IMG/VR virus record: IMGVR_UViG_3300035491_000275
Coordinates: 1-35,807 of that record
DNA length: 35,807 nucleotides
Direction: 5' to 3' (one strand)
Source of the DNA: a virus
Lineage: Duplodnaviria > Caudoviricetes
The stretch's first letter is position 1. Each line of letters starts with the position of its first letter. Position numbers and translations under genes: made by a program. Under the pieces are notes generated by a model. The model ran no database searches. It saw only the letters and a list, made by a program, of their open reading frames with translations, and was not told where the DNA came from. Shown one piece after another: positions 16,857 to 27,198 of the stretch.

Positions 16857-19439
16857 TCAAGCAGGGTTGTCGATAACGATCGAGTTTGTGATATCAATCT
16901 TATCGTCGAGCATTACCCGAATAGCCCGTGCCAGGAAGTTATAATGGTAAATGTTCAGGTGCTGTACCTGATCCGATTCGTGTGGATGGATAGCGACGTA
17001 GCGTTCATCCACTTCACGACGAGTTGGTTCGTACTCGAGCAGCCAGACATACCCATCCACCCATTGACGCAGCTGGTTGTCGGTATATGGCGTGACCAAA
17101 TCGATCTGATCGAAGAAACCGTCTTGTAGATCATGCATCAGTTTCGAAACAAACGGACTATAGATCTGATGACGAGTAGATACAGGGTTAAACTCCGGGA
17201 CATCTATTTCATCCACGTATAAGGACATGTAGTCCTCGATAGCGGTATCGGTATCGATAGCCTGCTGGCGCATTGCTTGAGCATCTTCGATCGATAGACC
17301 GTGCAATGGAATGATGGGTTCGATCACTACATAGGGTGCACCGTTGCGCACATTGTTGAGTAATACAGTTGGTCGATCTTCAGCCCAATCCAGATCCTCA
17401 CGACTCCATAACCGTCCGTCGGCGACCACCCGGATGACTTTATCATCCCGGAGATTCCAACGATTGTTTCTACTGAGAATACCGGCTTCAACAAATCCAA
17501 ACTCAGCTTGTTCAATCTCCGACATATCTGGCAGACAGAACCCGGTAGCCCGAATGGTAATGTTGTCACCACCAGCACCCTGATTACGGTATTGTCGATT
17601 GACGATGCAGATCTCTTTACCTACCTTATACCAGTCAAGATCCTTGATGAGCGCATGTCCGTTCAACCAGAGCTCCAGGATACCAGAGGGTATCTCCACC
17701 AAACCGTTGTAAAGATTCCCGTTGACCCGCAGTTCCTTTACGTTCAATGAAAACCGTAACAGCTTGTCCTGATAGTCCAGGTTGAGGGTATACGTCAGGA
17801 ACGTATCATCCATCTTTATGGCGGTGTAGGTGTCATTGGGATTGGTTTTCCAGTTCACCGTCCGTCCATTGACTTCATAGTACGTGTGGTCATCAGTCAC
17901 ATCCCGCCAGTCACCCTGTGGAAACCCAGATATGGAAGTGCAGACATAGCACCGATAAGTGAGTCCATCTGGAACGGTATAATCCTTACCATAGACCGTA
18001 GAGAGCACATCACTGCCTCGTCCAGCCACAGCTTCGATGTATGCACAGTCTGAAGATTTAGGGATGTAATACTGGGTATTCTGGTTATGATGCCAGTCAA
18101 TCAACCGACCAGTACCATCATACTCGTACACGGTGCTTTCACCACGTAGACCAAACGGAAGTTTCACCCAGTTACTACCTGGTGTGAATTTCTGAGGGGT
18201 GTCTGCAATCAAACGACTGATGGTGTTATACCCATACGCTTCCTCGACCATTTCTCGAGTGATACCGCCGTTAGGGGCACGCATGAGTGCAGTGTACATA
18301 GACTGTTCCAAGTTTTCTACTCGCCACACATCAACCACGGCGTTCGCACCAATTACTGCGCGATACCAGTCAGCACCTTCGAATTGATACAGTTCCTTGA
18401 TGTGGTGTGCTTCATTGATCAGTTCTTTATCCATACCACTGCGCCGGATAATCAACTTGACGATCAATTGATGACTCAGTGCCCATCCTGAGTTCTGATT
18501 GCAAAAACGTTCCACATAGTGAGTCGGAATAGAATAGTCACGGTGAGTAACCATTCTTACCGCATCTTCCTGGTTCTTGTGGTAGAGGACACCTCTGTGG
18601 ACGTTTGGTGTCAGCCGTCGCATCAAGTAGAAGTCCTGATCATCTCGATAGTAAATCGAATCATCTTCATGGACGAGTGGATGGATAAGGTATTTCTGAC
18701 ACTCATCGAGTTCTGACAGAAACACACTCAGGTCACTGACAGCGTGATGTTCGATTCGGATGATTGATGCGTCACGCACCATTTCAACCACATCACCTCG
18801 AATCACCGTGGCCGATGTGATGTTATTGACCATCCACCCATTGACGTAGATAAGGACATCACCCGACCTGGTCTTCATGTCATTGTATTTGAAACCCAAC
18901 GCAGATACTGCACTGGCACTGTTGGGAATCTCGCAATGGTATTCGACACCGTCGTCAATCTTGGAGACATCGCTTCGATCGAAGTACGCGTTTGAATAGA
19001 AACGGAAATAAGGTTCCTGGCTACCAAGGTCAGTAAGAAAACTGAGCTGTTCGATAGCGACTACTAAATTACCATCGGTAGTCGTTAAGAAGTATACCTT
19101 GTTGCGCGGGATCATGATCCCGCGTTCTAGATATACATCGATCAACATCTCGTTCTCCACCATCTGGACGTTGGCGCTAGTCCATACGTTGACGGGTATA
19201 TCTAGACCCAATGTACTCAGCGCAATATTGCCGAACTGAAATACATGGTAGCGCGGACCTTCTGTTGGAAGGTTGAATGTTTGCCAGAGCACCTTGACAC
19301 TACCCCTCCCGCCAGCAGGAGGAGTAATTCTGGCAGGTCGCAGAATGGTCTGTCTGTCTTGTTCAGGTACGCACCAGACATTCTGATAGGCGTTATTAAT
19401 GAGAAAATCGTCCGATGTCATAACTGACTCCAGGATCAT
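16857..19439 (-). CDS. Virion structural protein (phiKZ gp27-like by synteny)
   Basis: 860 aa, NVWCVPEQDRQ N-terminus, ATGA coupling with the upstream gene. Confidence 0.8.
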   Translation of the reverse strand: MILESVMTSDDFLINNAYQNVWCVPEQDRQTILRPARITPPAGGRGSVKVLWQTFNLPTEGPRYHVFQFGNIALSTLGLDIPVNVWTSANVQMVENEMLIDVYLERGIMIPRNKVYFLTTTDGNLVVAIEQLSFLTDLGSQEPYFRFYSNAYFDRSDVSKIDDGVEYHCEIPNSASAVSALGFKYNDMKTRSGDVLIYVNGWMVNNITSATVIRGDVVEMVRDASIIRIEHHAVSDLSVFLSELDECQKYLIHPLVHEDDSIYYRDDQDFYLMRRLTPNVHRGVLYHKNQEDAVRMVTHRDYSIPTHYVERFCNQNSGWALSHQLIVKLIIRRSGMDKELINEAHHIKELYQFEGADWYRAVIGANAVVDVWRVENLEQSMYTALMRAPNGGITREMVEEAYGYNTISRLIADTPQKFTPGSNWVKLPFGLRGESTVYEYDGTGRLIDWHHNQNTQYYIPKSSDCAYIEAVAGRGSDVLSTVYGKDYTVPDGLTYRCYVCTSISGFPQGDWRDVTDDHTYYEVNGRTVNWKTNPNDTYTAIKMDDTFLTYTLNLDYQDKLLRFSLNVKELRVNGNLYNGLVEIPSGILELWLNGHALIKDLDWYKVGKEICIVNRQYRNQGAGGDNITIRATGFCLPDMSEIEQAEFGFVEAGILSRNNRWNLRDDKVIRVVADGRLWSREDLDWAEDRPTVLLNNVRNGAPYVVIEPIIPLHGLSIEDAQAMRQQAIDTDTAIEDYMSLYVDEIDVPEFNPVSTRHQIYSPFVSKLMHDLQDGFFDQIDLVTPYTDNQLRQWVDGYVWLLEYEPTRREVDERYVAIHPHESDQVQHLNIYHYNFLARAIRVMLDDKIDITNSIVIDNPA

Positions 19440-20419
19440 TCTAATGTTTCAGTTGTACCAGCCATTTCAAAACTGACACGTTTACCGGTACGAGCATTAC
19501 CTTCTACCCGTGCCACCAACATATCCATCGAACGGAGGAATGCGTCGCCGGCTCGACCTACAGTGAATCGTTCGGTGAGTCGACCAAGCTGGGTCTTTTT
19601 CCACACCTTGCTATTGCAAGCTGCTTCAATGAGGGCCAGGTACATCGGTGGGTATTCGATTGACACAGCAGCGATTTCGTTGGCACCATAACCAAACCAG
19701 CTGCGACCAAGTGTCATCACCAAGAAACCAACGTTGATCTGGCTGATGCGGGTGTTGTGCTGGAACTGAGATTGGAGTTCCTTGACGAAATCTTCCATGT
19801 GTGGCATGTAGGAACATACATCAACGATACCGCTAACCATTTCTGCTGGCGCTCGAGTCCAGCGCATGATCATGGTAGTGTACTTGGCCTGTTCTTTCTT
19901 ATCATTAGCTTCATCATTGCTAACGAACTGATGAATATAGAACAGTGCAACCAGAATCTGGATTTCACGTGCCAGTTCGACGTTGATACCCAGTTTGGTG
20001 GTGATCGCTTGAGACACCCACGCAATATAGGTTTGGGCGGGAACCTCACCAACACGAAGGAAATCCTGACGATATTCCGGTTCATTCACCCAGTAAGAAG
20101 TCAGTAGACCAACACGAGCGAAGAAGTCAGCTTGAAGTTGGTTGGTGATGACATACCCTACCTCAGCATGGCGATCCAATCGCATGAATGAGCGACCATC
20201 TAAAATGGCAGCAGTGGTACGCATTCTATCCTGACCGTATTCATGGGTAGTCAACGGTGAAATGAATACCGGTACCGAGCTGGCTTTCGGAGTAACGAAC
20301 AGGACATCTTTCGATTCCTGCATCAAGTTACCGTCGGTGGCGGCGTATACCAGTTCACTGAGAATGTTGGCGAGTTTGTGCTGACGCAAGACAGTACTTT
20401 GCCAAGGACTATTGATCAT
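19436..20419 (-). CDS. Virion structural protein (phiKZ gp28-like by synteny)
   Basis: 327 aa, divergent from the sheath gene; SWFG and EYPP motifs. Confidence 0.75.
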   Translation of the reverse strand: MINSPWQSTVLRQHKLANILSELVYAATDGNLMQESKDVLFVTPKASSVPVFISPLTTHEYGQDRMRTTAAILDGRSFMRLDRHAEVGYVITNQLQADFFARVGLLTSYWVNEPEYRQDFLRVGEVPAQTYIAWVSQAITTKLGINVELAREIQILVALFYIHQFVSNDEANDKKEQAKYTTMIMRWTRAPAEMVSGIVDVCSYMPHMEDFVKELQSQFQHNTRISQINVGFLVMTLGRSWFGYGANEIAAVSIEYPPMYLALIEAACNSKVWKKTQLGRLTERFTVGRAGDAFLRSMDMLVARVEGNARTGKRVSFEMAGTTETLE

Positions 20420-20607
20420 GAGAACTACCCTTTTGGTGATTAGTAAATAAAAACAAAAACGCGTTAATTCGAATAGTATGCGGTGATGGTGTCACATGCA
20501 TCGAATTAGATACACTCTATATAGAGCGTGTGGTCATACCATCTCACTGTCAATTGACAAAACTTCGCGCGGAAGTTGATTTTAACATCCCTTAGGGAGA
20601 CTAAAAC

Positions 20608-22662
20608 ATGACGTCTGTTTCCATGGCTTCATCTTTGCCGAGAAGCGAGATCCTCGGCTTTAAGGATGTGAGCGGTCAAGGACAACCCATTGAGATCGTC
20701 GATCTGCCGATCTTCCTGCCGTTCTCTCCTCTGTTCACTTCATGGGGCCCGACTGATACCGCTAACCTGGTATCTGGCGCTGGCTTCTCTACTATTTACG
20801 GTGGCAACAATTTCGAAGCAGGTTCACCCTTCCTGAGCCATCAAGCAGCCATGCTGGAGAAGGTATTCCAAGTTGGCGGTATGGGTCTGGTGCGTCGCAT
20901 GGTACCTTCTGGTGCTCGCACTGCCACCATGCGTATCTGGGCCGACGTCATTGCCGATGACATCGTTCAATACGAGCGCAATGTAGATGGTTCGTTCCGT
21001 CGTGTCGATGGTGCACTGGTCCCGACCGGTGATACTGTACCGGGCCATCGTGTCCGTTTCCACATCGACTATCCCGACGAAGCTACTCTTCGTCAAGCAG
21101 CTCCAGTCCAAGGTACTATGGTCGATGGCGATGGTGCACCTTCCACCATGTATCCGCTGTTTGATATCGCTGCCCGATTCCTCGGTGCCCGTGGTAACAA
21201 CATCGGTATTCGCCTGACTGCACCGACCACTGCCTCGTCCACCCCGGTCGATGCTGAGCTGGTCGATGAAAAAGGCGCTTACCTGTATCGCCTTGGTCTG
21301 ATGACCCGTCCCAACGCCAATGTCTCTGGTTCCATCATCACCACCATGAATGGCGAACCCAACTTCGAAGTTGCTTTGAAGAAGGGTGTGGTTGATCTGA
21401 ATACCAAGATCAATTACAGCTACGATCAGCGTGTACTCTCTCAGTACGAGGACAATGATCCAGATGTATTCACCGGATACGGTCCGCTGAGCAACTTCTT
21501 CGTTTATGACGATCACCTGGCTACCGTACTGGGTATGCTGTACTCCACTGAACAAGACTACGGTCTGGTTACCAGTGAAGTCACCCCAGAACACTCCATG
21601 AACCTGTTCGGTGCTACCGATATCAATGGTATCCCGTATTACTCGGTTCAGCTGGAAGGTCCGGGTGCTGGCGGTGTTCTGTTCAGTGATTCCACCACTC
21701 ATTGGTTGGGCAATGGTTCTGACGGCACTGTCACTCCGCAGGCCTATGATGACGCGGTACTGACTGAGCTGTCCTCGTTTGGTTCCGGTGATGTGCCGTA
21801 CTCCGATCGTGCCAGCTTCCCGATGAGTGCCTTCATCGACACCGGTTTCTCCTCTGCTGTGAAGTCGGCCATGCCGAACATCATGCGGGTACGACCCGAT
21901 GCGTGGGTTCTGGTATCTACTCAGGATGTCCTGGAACCATTGAACACCCCGGAAGTCGATTCCAGTGTAGGTGCTGCTCTGCGCAATACCTTCGCTGTTA
22001 TCCCAGAATCCGAGTTCTACAACACTGGCGCTTGCCGTGCTGTGATCATGAAGCACGCCGGCAATTACCTGGATTCCCAGTACGACGGCATCCTGCCGTT
22101 CACCATTGACTTCGCTGTCAAACTGGCACAGTACATGGGTGGTCGTCGGATGCTGGGTGCCTTTGCACCGGACAACGGTGATTATCGTGTTGTATCACGT
22201 TTCACTGACCACAACGCCAAGTTCCGCTCGGTCAAGCCACGTAACACTGACTGGCAAGCCGGTATCAGTTCAGCTGAACCATACGACCATCGTGGCCGCG
22301 TGTTCTTCCCGGCTGTACAAACCGTCTATCACGACAACACCTCGGTGCTGAACTCGTTCTTCCCGATGGCTATCTGCTGCCACCTGAATCGTCTGGGTGA
22401 ACTGGCATGGCGTACGTTCGTCGGCGATAGTCGTAAGACAGCTGCTCAGTACACCACTGATGTGGATCGCTTCCTGGAAGCCCAGATCAAGGACCGTTAC
22501 GACGGTCGTGCTGACATCACCCCGCGTTCCTACTACACCGCTGCCGATGCTCAGCGCGGTTACAGCTGGCACACGGATATCGAAGGTCTGTTCGACGGCA
22601 ACAAGACAGTACAAACTCTGACTGTCATTGCAGGTCGTCGTGAAGGACAGGAGACTGAATAA
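20608..22662 (+). CDS. Contractile tail sheath protein (phiKZ gp29-like)
   Basis: 684 aa, GGGAG upstream, strongly biased codons; G.KDVSG, GARGNNIGIRL, LGNGSDG, DTGFS, YTAADAQRGYSW. Confidence 0.9.
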   Translation: MTSVSMASSLPRSEILGFKDVSGQGQPIEIVDLPIFLPFSPLFTSWGPTDTANLVSGAGFSTIYGGNNFEAGSPFLSHQAAMLEKVFQVGGMGLVRRMVPSGARTATMRIWADVIADDIVQYERNVDGSFRRVDGALVPTGDTVPGHRVRFHIDYPDEATLRQAAPVQGTMVDGDGAPSTMYPLFDIAARFLGARGNNIGIRLTAPTTASSTPVDAELVDEKGAYLYRLGLMTRPNANVSGSIITTMNGEPNFEVALKKGVVDLNTKINYSYDQRVLSQYEDNDPDVFTGYGPLSNFFVYDDHLATVLGMLYSTEQDYGLVTSEVTPEHSMNLFGATDINGIPYYSVQLEGPGAGGVLFSDSTTHWLGNGSDGTVTPQAYDDAVLTELSSFGSGDVPYSDRASFPMSAFIDTGFSSAVKSAMPNIMRVRPDAWVLVSTQDVLEPLNTPEVDSSVGAALRNTFAVIPESEFYNTGACRAVIMKHAGNYLDSQYDGILPFTIDFAVKLAQYMGGRRMLGAFAPDNGDYRVVSRFTDHNAKFRSVKPRNTDWQAGISSAEPYDHRGRVFFPAVQTVYHDNTSVLNSFFPMAICCHLNRLGELAWRTFVGDSRKTAAQYTTDVDRFLEAQIKDRYDGRADITPRSYYTAADAQRGYSWHTDIEGLFDGNKTVQTLTVIAGRREGQETE

Positions 22663-23528
22663 TGGGTGTTCGTAATAAAGACACGCTCCTGGGTGCAGAC
22701 CAGGCGTATGCAAAAGCAACCAACTCGCCGATGGTGAACCTGGCTATCGGTGGTCAGAACGCGTATCAATCCGACCTCCGTTACTTCCACGCCAACACCG
22801 ATTACGTTCGTCGTAATCTGTGGGTCAAGGTACTGCAAGCTCCCCGTGGCTTCCAATACCTGGATGATCCGGCGCAGTACTACCGTACCCTCAAAGGTAT
22901 CGTTGAGATGCACGCACAGAGCTGGGACGGTTTCAACCGTACTCTGACTGTGAACAGTGTCGAAGCCCCGGTAGGTGGTGCAGGTGAGATGCAACAGACG
23001 CCGAGCAACGTGACGCGTCAACGTTCTGACCCGACCATGACCATTCGTGAAAAGTACGGTCGGCCAGCTCAACGTTTCCTCGAATCCTGGATCACCGAAC
23101 TGATCATGGATCCGGATGCCAAAGTACCGGGTATCGCTACCCGTGCCAACGCTCCGACCGATCTGTTGCCTGACATGTACTCCATGTCGATCATCGCATT
23201 CGAACCAGACCCCACTTTCACCAAGGTGAACGCGGCCTGGTTGATGACCAACATGTACCCCACCACTGCTGGTGATTTCACTGGTCGCCGTGACAAGACT
23301 TCCGATGGTGAAGAACTTGTTCTGAGCATTCCGTGGACCGGTATCCAGCAGGTAGGTATCGCCGTTGATCGCCTGGCTCAAGCACTGCTGGATGCCATGC
23401 CGAAGACCGGTACCAGTCCGAACCTCAAACCGGCATTCATGTCGGGTGTTGAGAATGACGTGGCAAGCCACAACGTTGGTCTGACTGAGCAAATCAGTGA
23501 GTTCAACCGGACGTTCATTCGTCTCTAA
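22662..23528 (+). CDS. Tail tube / major structural protein (phiKZ gp30-like)
   Basis: 288 aa, TAATG-coupled to the sheath; EKYGRP and EPDP....V..AWL..NM.P fit tail tube proteins. Confidence 0.85.
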   Translation: MGVRNKDTLLGADQAYAKATNSPMVNLAIGGQNAYQSDLRYFHANTDYVRRNLWVKVLQAPRGFQYLDDPAQYYRTLKGIVEMHAQSWDGFNRTLTVNSVEAPVGGAGEMQQTPSNVTRQRSDPTMTIREKYGRPAQRFLESWITELIMDPDAKVPGIATRANAPTDLLPDMYSMSIIAFEPDPTFTKVNAAWLMTNMYPTTAGDFTGRRDKTSDGEELVLSIPWTGIQQVGIAVDRLAQALLDAMPKTGTSPNLKPAFMSGVENDVASHNVGLTEQISEFNRTFIRL

Positions 23529-23549
23529 GACGAAAGAAAAAAAGAGTAA

Positions 23550-23583
23550 GCATAGAGGGTGGGTATCAACCCACCCTCTATGC
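23550..23583. terminator. GCATAG-family hairpin between convergent genes
   Basis: GCATAGAGGGTGGGT-ATCA-ACCCACCCTCTATGC. Confidence 0.85.
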
Positions 23584-23592
23584 CGAATCACT

Positions 23593-25083
23593 TCAGCGAA
23601 TTACTTTCAAACGGAATGGTGTCACATAACTCTCATGCACCTTGAAGTACCCCATGTGTTCAGGGTCTTCACGTCTGTTCGAGCGCTCCACGTTACTGCT
23701 TCGTGCATTGATGTCCTTCACCCCACCACTACGACTATCAGCCATTTGTCGATTGCGATGGGCACGACCAGAATCAGCAGAGACCAGATAGAAACACTCA
23801 TCCAGGACATCGTAGTCTTTGATGACAAAGACATCACGCTCTCCAGCGACCAGCACGTACTGACCTTCCTGAGGGATCCAGTATTCAGTGGTGTCCTGCA
23901 CTACGGCTGGTTGTTGAGCGGCACCGCCGGCGGGATCGTCAGTCTCTTCTTCAACTTCATCACCGATGGCGCTGAGGAGGATATGGTTATCCACATCACG
24001 GGTCTCAATCCGGCTCAACAACATTTCTCGGACATCAACTTCCTCTTCATACAGACGGATTTTCACTTCAGGATCCCTGGGGGTGTATGTGACTCTGTAC
24101 GTCGATAGGTCGGTGATGATGTAACGTTCGACCTCATCACCGACCTTGAGTTCGACAAGATCAACATTATCACCGGTCAGCAGCAGAATGAGGGTAGCTG
24201 TATCGTCGAACAGTTTTTCACCCTCGCAGATATCGGTTGCAATCGATGCGATTACAGAACCGATCAGGAAGTCGCTATCGGCGTTATTGATTTTAAATTG
24301 TTTCATAGTTTGTTCGTCCTCGGTTTGTTTGCATTCGTTCAGTTTGATGATACGGGTGTCAAGCGCTGGAGTCGTAGAGTGGTCAGGTGCATCTACTTCG
24401 ACGCTTTCCAGCCTGGTTAGATGGTATCGTGAATCACCGTAAATATACCAGAATGGGTCCTCGTCGTGAAGCTCGAGATTCAGTACAACGATTTTACTAG
24501 GACCACTTACCAGGTTAATGACTTTATAAAGATCCTTACCATCACGAATATAGACTCCCTTCCCATGTCGATCACATGATGAAAAGACCTCTACCTTAGA
24601 TGAAGTCAGACGATGTTCAACGCCAGTGGGGTGTCTGAACATCGGCGTATCGGTCAGAATAGCCTTGACCACTTTATAACAGACACCAGTCGGATAATGA
24701 ATCCCCTCTTTAGAGGTTTCCATGTAACGAATGGGTGTCGTATCAACCTCCTCGGGTAGGGAGCCTAGCGCTGTCAGAATGATCTGACCGCTCCGTTTCT
24801 TTGTCATGATGAATTCGTAATCCTCCATTTTCCCAATGCGGAAAGGACGTAGACTCTCATCTTTGATGATTGAGTAGAGGAACACCCCATCGTAGATGAA
24901 GGTTTCTTTGACACGATCGGGACGGGCCTGAAACACCACCACCTTTCTCATTGAACGGATAGCGGCCATTGCATGGCTGTCTGTATCGATCGAGTTATCG
25001 ATCACCTTTTCCGCAACCCGTCGAAGGACACCCTGACGAACACCCCTTCCCTTCATGGATACAATCTCGAAACACTTAGTCAT
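23593..25083 (-). CDS. Hypothetical protein (496 aa), probably early
   Basis: AAAGGAG upstream, own promoter motif at 25123-25152; multi-domain with acidic linkers. Confidence 0.8.
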   Translation of the reverse strand: MTKCFEIVSMKGRGVRQGVLRRVAEKVIDNSIDTDSHAMAAIRSMRKVVVFQARPDRVKETFIYDGVFLYSIIKDESLRPFRIGKMEDYEFIMTKKRSGQIILTALGSLPEEVDTTPIRYMETSKEGIHYPTGVCYKVVKAILTDTPMFRHPTGVEHRLTSSKVEVFSSCDRHGKGVYIRDGKDLYKVINLVSGPSKIVVLNLELHDEDPFWYIYGDSRYHLTRLESVEVDAPDHSTTPALDTRIIKLNECKQTEDEQTMKQFKINNADSDFLIGSVIASIATDICEGEKLFDDTATLILLLTGDNVDLVELKVGDEVERYIITDLSTYRVTYTPRDPEVKIRLYEEEVDVREMLLSRIETRDVDNHILLSAIGDEVEEETDDPAGGAAQQPAVVQDTTEYWIPQEGQYVLVAGERDVFVIKDYDVLDECFYLVSADSGRAHRNRQMADSRSGGVKDINARSSNVERSNRREDPEHMGYFKVHESYVTPFRLKVIR

Positions 25084-25122
25084 CGCTAATCTCCTTTGAA
25101 GATTTAGGTTAATACAATCCCA

Positions 25123-25152
25123 TCATGTAGTTTTATGTTTTGTTCGAATAGA
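25123..25152 (-). promoter_or_regulatory. Phage promoter motif
   Basis: TCTATTCGAACAAAACATAAAACTACATGA. Confidence 0.7.
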
Positions 25153-25166
25153 AAAAATAAAAAAAA

Positions 25167-25200
25167 ACATAGAGAGGAGGGTGATCCCTCCTCTCTATGT
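25167..25200 (-). terminator. GCATAG-family intrinsic terminator
   Basis: ACATAGAGAGGAGGG-TGAT-CCCTCCTCTCTATGT plus a U-tract; 30 bp identical to 28532-28561. Confidence 0.85.
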
Positions 25201-25203
25201 CCA

Positions 25204-25590
25204 TTAATTAACCACCTCCAGCTCCAGCAAGGAGCTGGTTACGATTTTTGTGAAGCAGGCAACATTTGCCTTCTCCACTTCGTCGATTTTGGCGAAATAT
25301 TCTTTAATCGCCTTTGCCCCCTGAAGATATTCTTCTTCAGTGTTGAGAGAGTAAATAACACCCTCCCTTACTTCACTTCCTTCCAGGAAGGATGTGGGGT
25401 TTTCTTCCAGCGAAGAAATTACCTCATCGAGGAACCCTTCATCGATGAGGGATTCGTCGACATGTACCTCATCGACGATTTCCTTGATCTTCAGTATCCG
25501 ACTGGCGGACACTGAAGAGATTTTCAACCCCGCCAGAGTGTTGGCGACGGTTTCTTTGATAGTGTTGGTTTTGGTTTCGACTGCGTTCAT
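25204..25590 (-). CDS. Acidic hypothetical protein (128 aa)
   Basis: AGGAGG site; a single-gene unit with its own promoter and terminator. Confidence 0.8.
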   Translation of the reverse strand: MNAVETKTNTIKETVANTLAGLKISSVSASRILKIKEIVDEVHVDESLIDEGFLDEVISSLEENPTSFLEGSEVREGVIYSLNTEEEYLQGAKAIKEYFAKIDEVEKANVACFTKIVTSSLLELEVVN

Positions 25591-25676
25591 AGCTGTGTCC
25601 TCCTAGGACATGGTTAAAGGAAGATTGTTCTTCCTGATCACTAGCACTATGTATGGTTGAAATAATTTCGAATAGA
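25591..25676 (-). promoter_or_regulatory. Phage promoter (25647-25676) plus two-hairpin 5' leader
   Basis: TCTATTCGAAATTATTTCAACCATACATAG; leader is a diverged copy of 8924-8980. Confidence 0.75.
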
Positions 25677-25693
25677 AAAAAAATAAGGAGCCA

Positions 25694-25718
25694 GCATAGA
25701 GGGGCAGACGCCCCTCTA
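25694..25718 (-). terminator. GCATAG-family hairpin after DHFR
   Basis: TAGAGGGGC/GCCCCTCTA stem with a U-tract nearby. Confidence 0.7.
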
Positions 25719-25721
25719 CAC

Positions 25722-26243
25722 TCAGTTACGACGGTGCCAGGTCTCAAAGACCAGAGAATCAACTTCGTACGAATCAACCAGTGTGTACACATCCAAGTCA
25801 AAACCATTTTCACCTGGTCTGGATACGACAGCCAGATCACCATCGAGCTCGATATTGTCACGAATGATGGTACGGTAGATACGGTCAGCAAAATACAGAC
25901 CTGCCTCGATCACAGATACACCACCAATCAAGAAGATCTCATCCGTGGTTTTCTCTACCAGTTCAGTGGCTTCTTTGATACTCGTGACCACGTTCAGTTG
26001 CGGATGATCCTCGTGTTCACTTGAGAATTTGTCTGGGTCATGCGACAAGACAAGGTGATGTCGTCCAGGTAACATCCCAGGAAGACTCTCAAACGTATTA
26101 CGACCCATCACCATGGGTTTGCCCATAGTGAGTTCCTTGAAACGGATCAGGTCTTTCGAGTAGTGCCATGGCAGTGGATGATTGCCCGCCAGACCAATGG
26201 CACCATTACTTTCCAGTTGACCGTAGATAAGTGAGTATTGCAT
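25722..26243 (-). CDS. folA: Dihydrofolate reductase
   Basis: NGAIG, LPWH..DL.RFKELT, VMGRNTFESLP, LPGR..LVLS and IFLIGG; start revised to ATG 26243 after GGAG. Confidence 0.93.
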   Translation of the reverse strand: MQYSLIYGQLESNGAIGLAGNHPLPWHYSKDLIRFKELTMGKPMVMGRNTFESLPGMLPGRHHLVLSHDPDKFSSEHEDHPQLNVVTSIKEATELVEKTTDEIFLIGGVSVIEAGLYFADRIYRTIIRDNIELDGDLAVVSRPGENGFDLDVYTLVDSYEVDSLVFETWHRRN

Positions 26244-26455
26244 TTTAATTTCTCCAGTATGAGTCAATCAATTGAGTCAGAACAGTTAGTTCGATAATGA
26301 AACCAAACCGGTTAGCATTGAAATGTGGTTAGAGGACGTCTATAACGCTCTATGGTGCGATTTAAGCACTGAGTAATACGTTTCCCTATGATGGGTGTAT
26401 ATCGTTCTTCTAAACACACTCTACGGTCTTTACAACTACAAAATAAAAGACAATA

Positions 26456-26489
26456 GCATAGAGAGGAGGGTCGACCCTCCTCTCTATGC
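26456..26489 (-). terminator. Perfect 34-bp GCATAG-family palindrome
   Basis: GCATAGAGAGGAGGGTCGACCCTCCTCTCTATGC, just after the stop of 26498..27124. Confidence 0.85.
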
Positions 26490-26497
26490 CTGTTACA

Positions 26498-27124
26498 TCA
26501 CTCTACACCCGCACCGATCTTACGGACGACCACGAACTTACGGCGCTTGACTGGCGCCGCTTTCTTCGTCTTCTTACCAGTACCAGGAGCTGGCGCTGTG
26601 TTCTTCAACGAGGTGTCTTTCTTCGGAGCCGTCTTCATCTGACTGACCACCGCATCCTTTACCGGCTGACGCTTATTGCGAGCCAGTTCTTGGATGTCGC
26701 TCATGCGATGATCCAGTTTCTGGTAGCGATTGGCGCGGCGCGGCTTGGTGGGATGTGGGGCAATGAAGAAACTCATACCGCTGCGGATGAATACAACCAG
26801 GAATGCTCCCTGAGCTTCATCGGCAGTGATCTTACTCAGACCGACGACCTGTTCTTCACCCTTGCCCATCAGACCCAGGATAGTGTCTTTATGAACACGG
26901 ATCAGAGAATCGATCTTGGCTTGGACTTCATCGGTGGGGGAAGAACCGAAGAACATGCTGTTACCGGCAACAGCACGAGCACGCAGTTCCTTCATATCCT
27001 TGATGTCATCCGTCATGAGCAGACGGTTGTTGAGATGTCCTGCTATCAGGGCATCGTCGATTTCCTGAACGAGCTTTTTCAGCTCATTGATTTCGACCTC
27101 GGTTGAAATGACACAGTCCGACAT
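26498..27124 (-). CDS. Hypothetical protein with a Lys/Ala/Pro-rich basic tail
   Basis: 208 aa, AAGGA upstream. Confidence 0.8.
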   Translation of the reverse strand: MSDCVISTEVEINELKKLVQEIDDALIAGHLNNRLLMTDDIKDMKELRARAVAGNSMFFGSSPTDEVQAKIDSLIRVHKDTILGLMGKGEEQVVGLSKITADEAQGAFLVVFIRSGMSFFIAPHPTKPRRANRYQKLDHRMSDIQELARNKRQPVKDAVVSQMKTAPKKDTSLKNTAPAPGTGKKTKKAAPVKRRKFVVVRKIGAGVE

Positions 27125-27198
27125 GGTGATTATCCTTAATTGTACATTAGATCAGATGGACATCACATCCATCTGATAGACCGGCTGGGTAGAGAGAA

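Noticed and set aside
15881-16876. 331-aa + strand ORF
   Set aside because: Antisense shadow of a structural gene.
20420-20607. Late promoters (TATG) and small hairpins in the divergent gap before the sheath gene
   Set aside because: A 4-nt motif is too short to call from sequence alone; plausible but unsupported.
20824-23591. 410-aa and 343-aa minus-strand ORFs
   Set aside because: Antisense to the strongly codon-biased sheath and tube genes.
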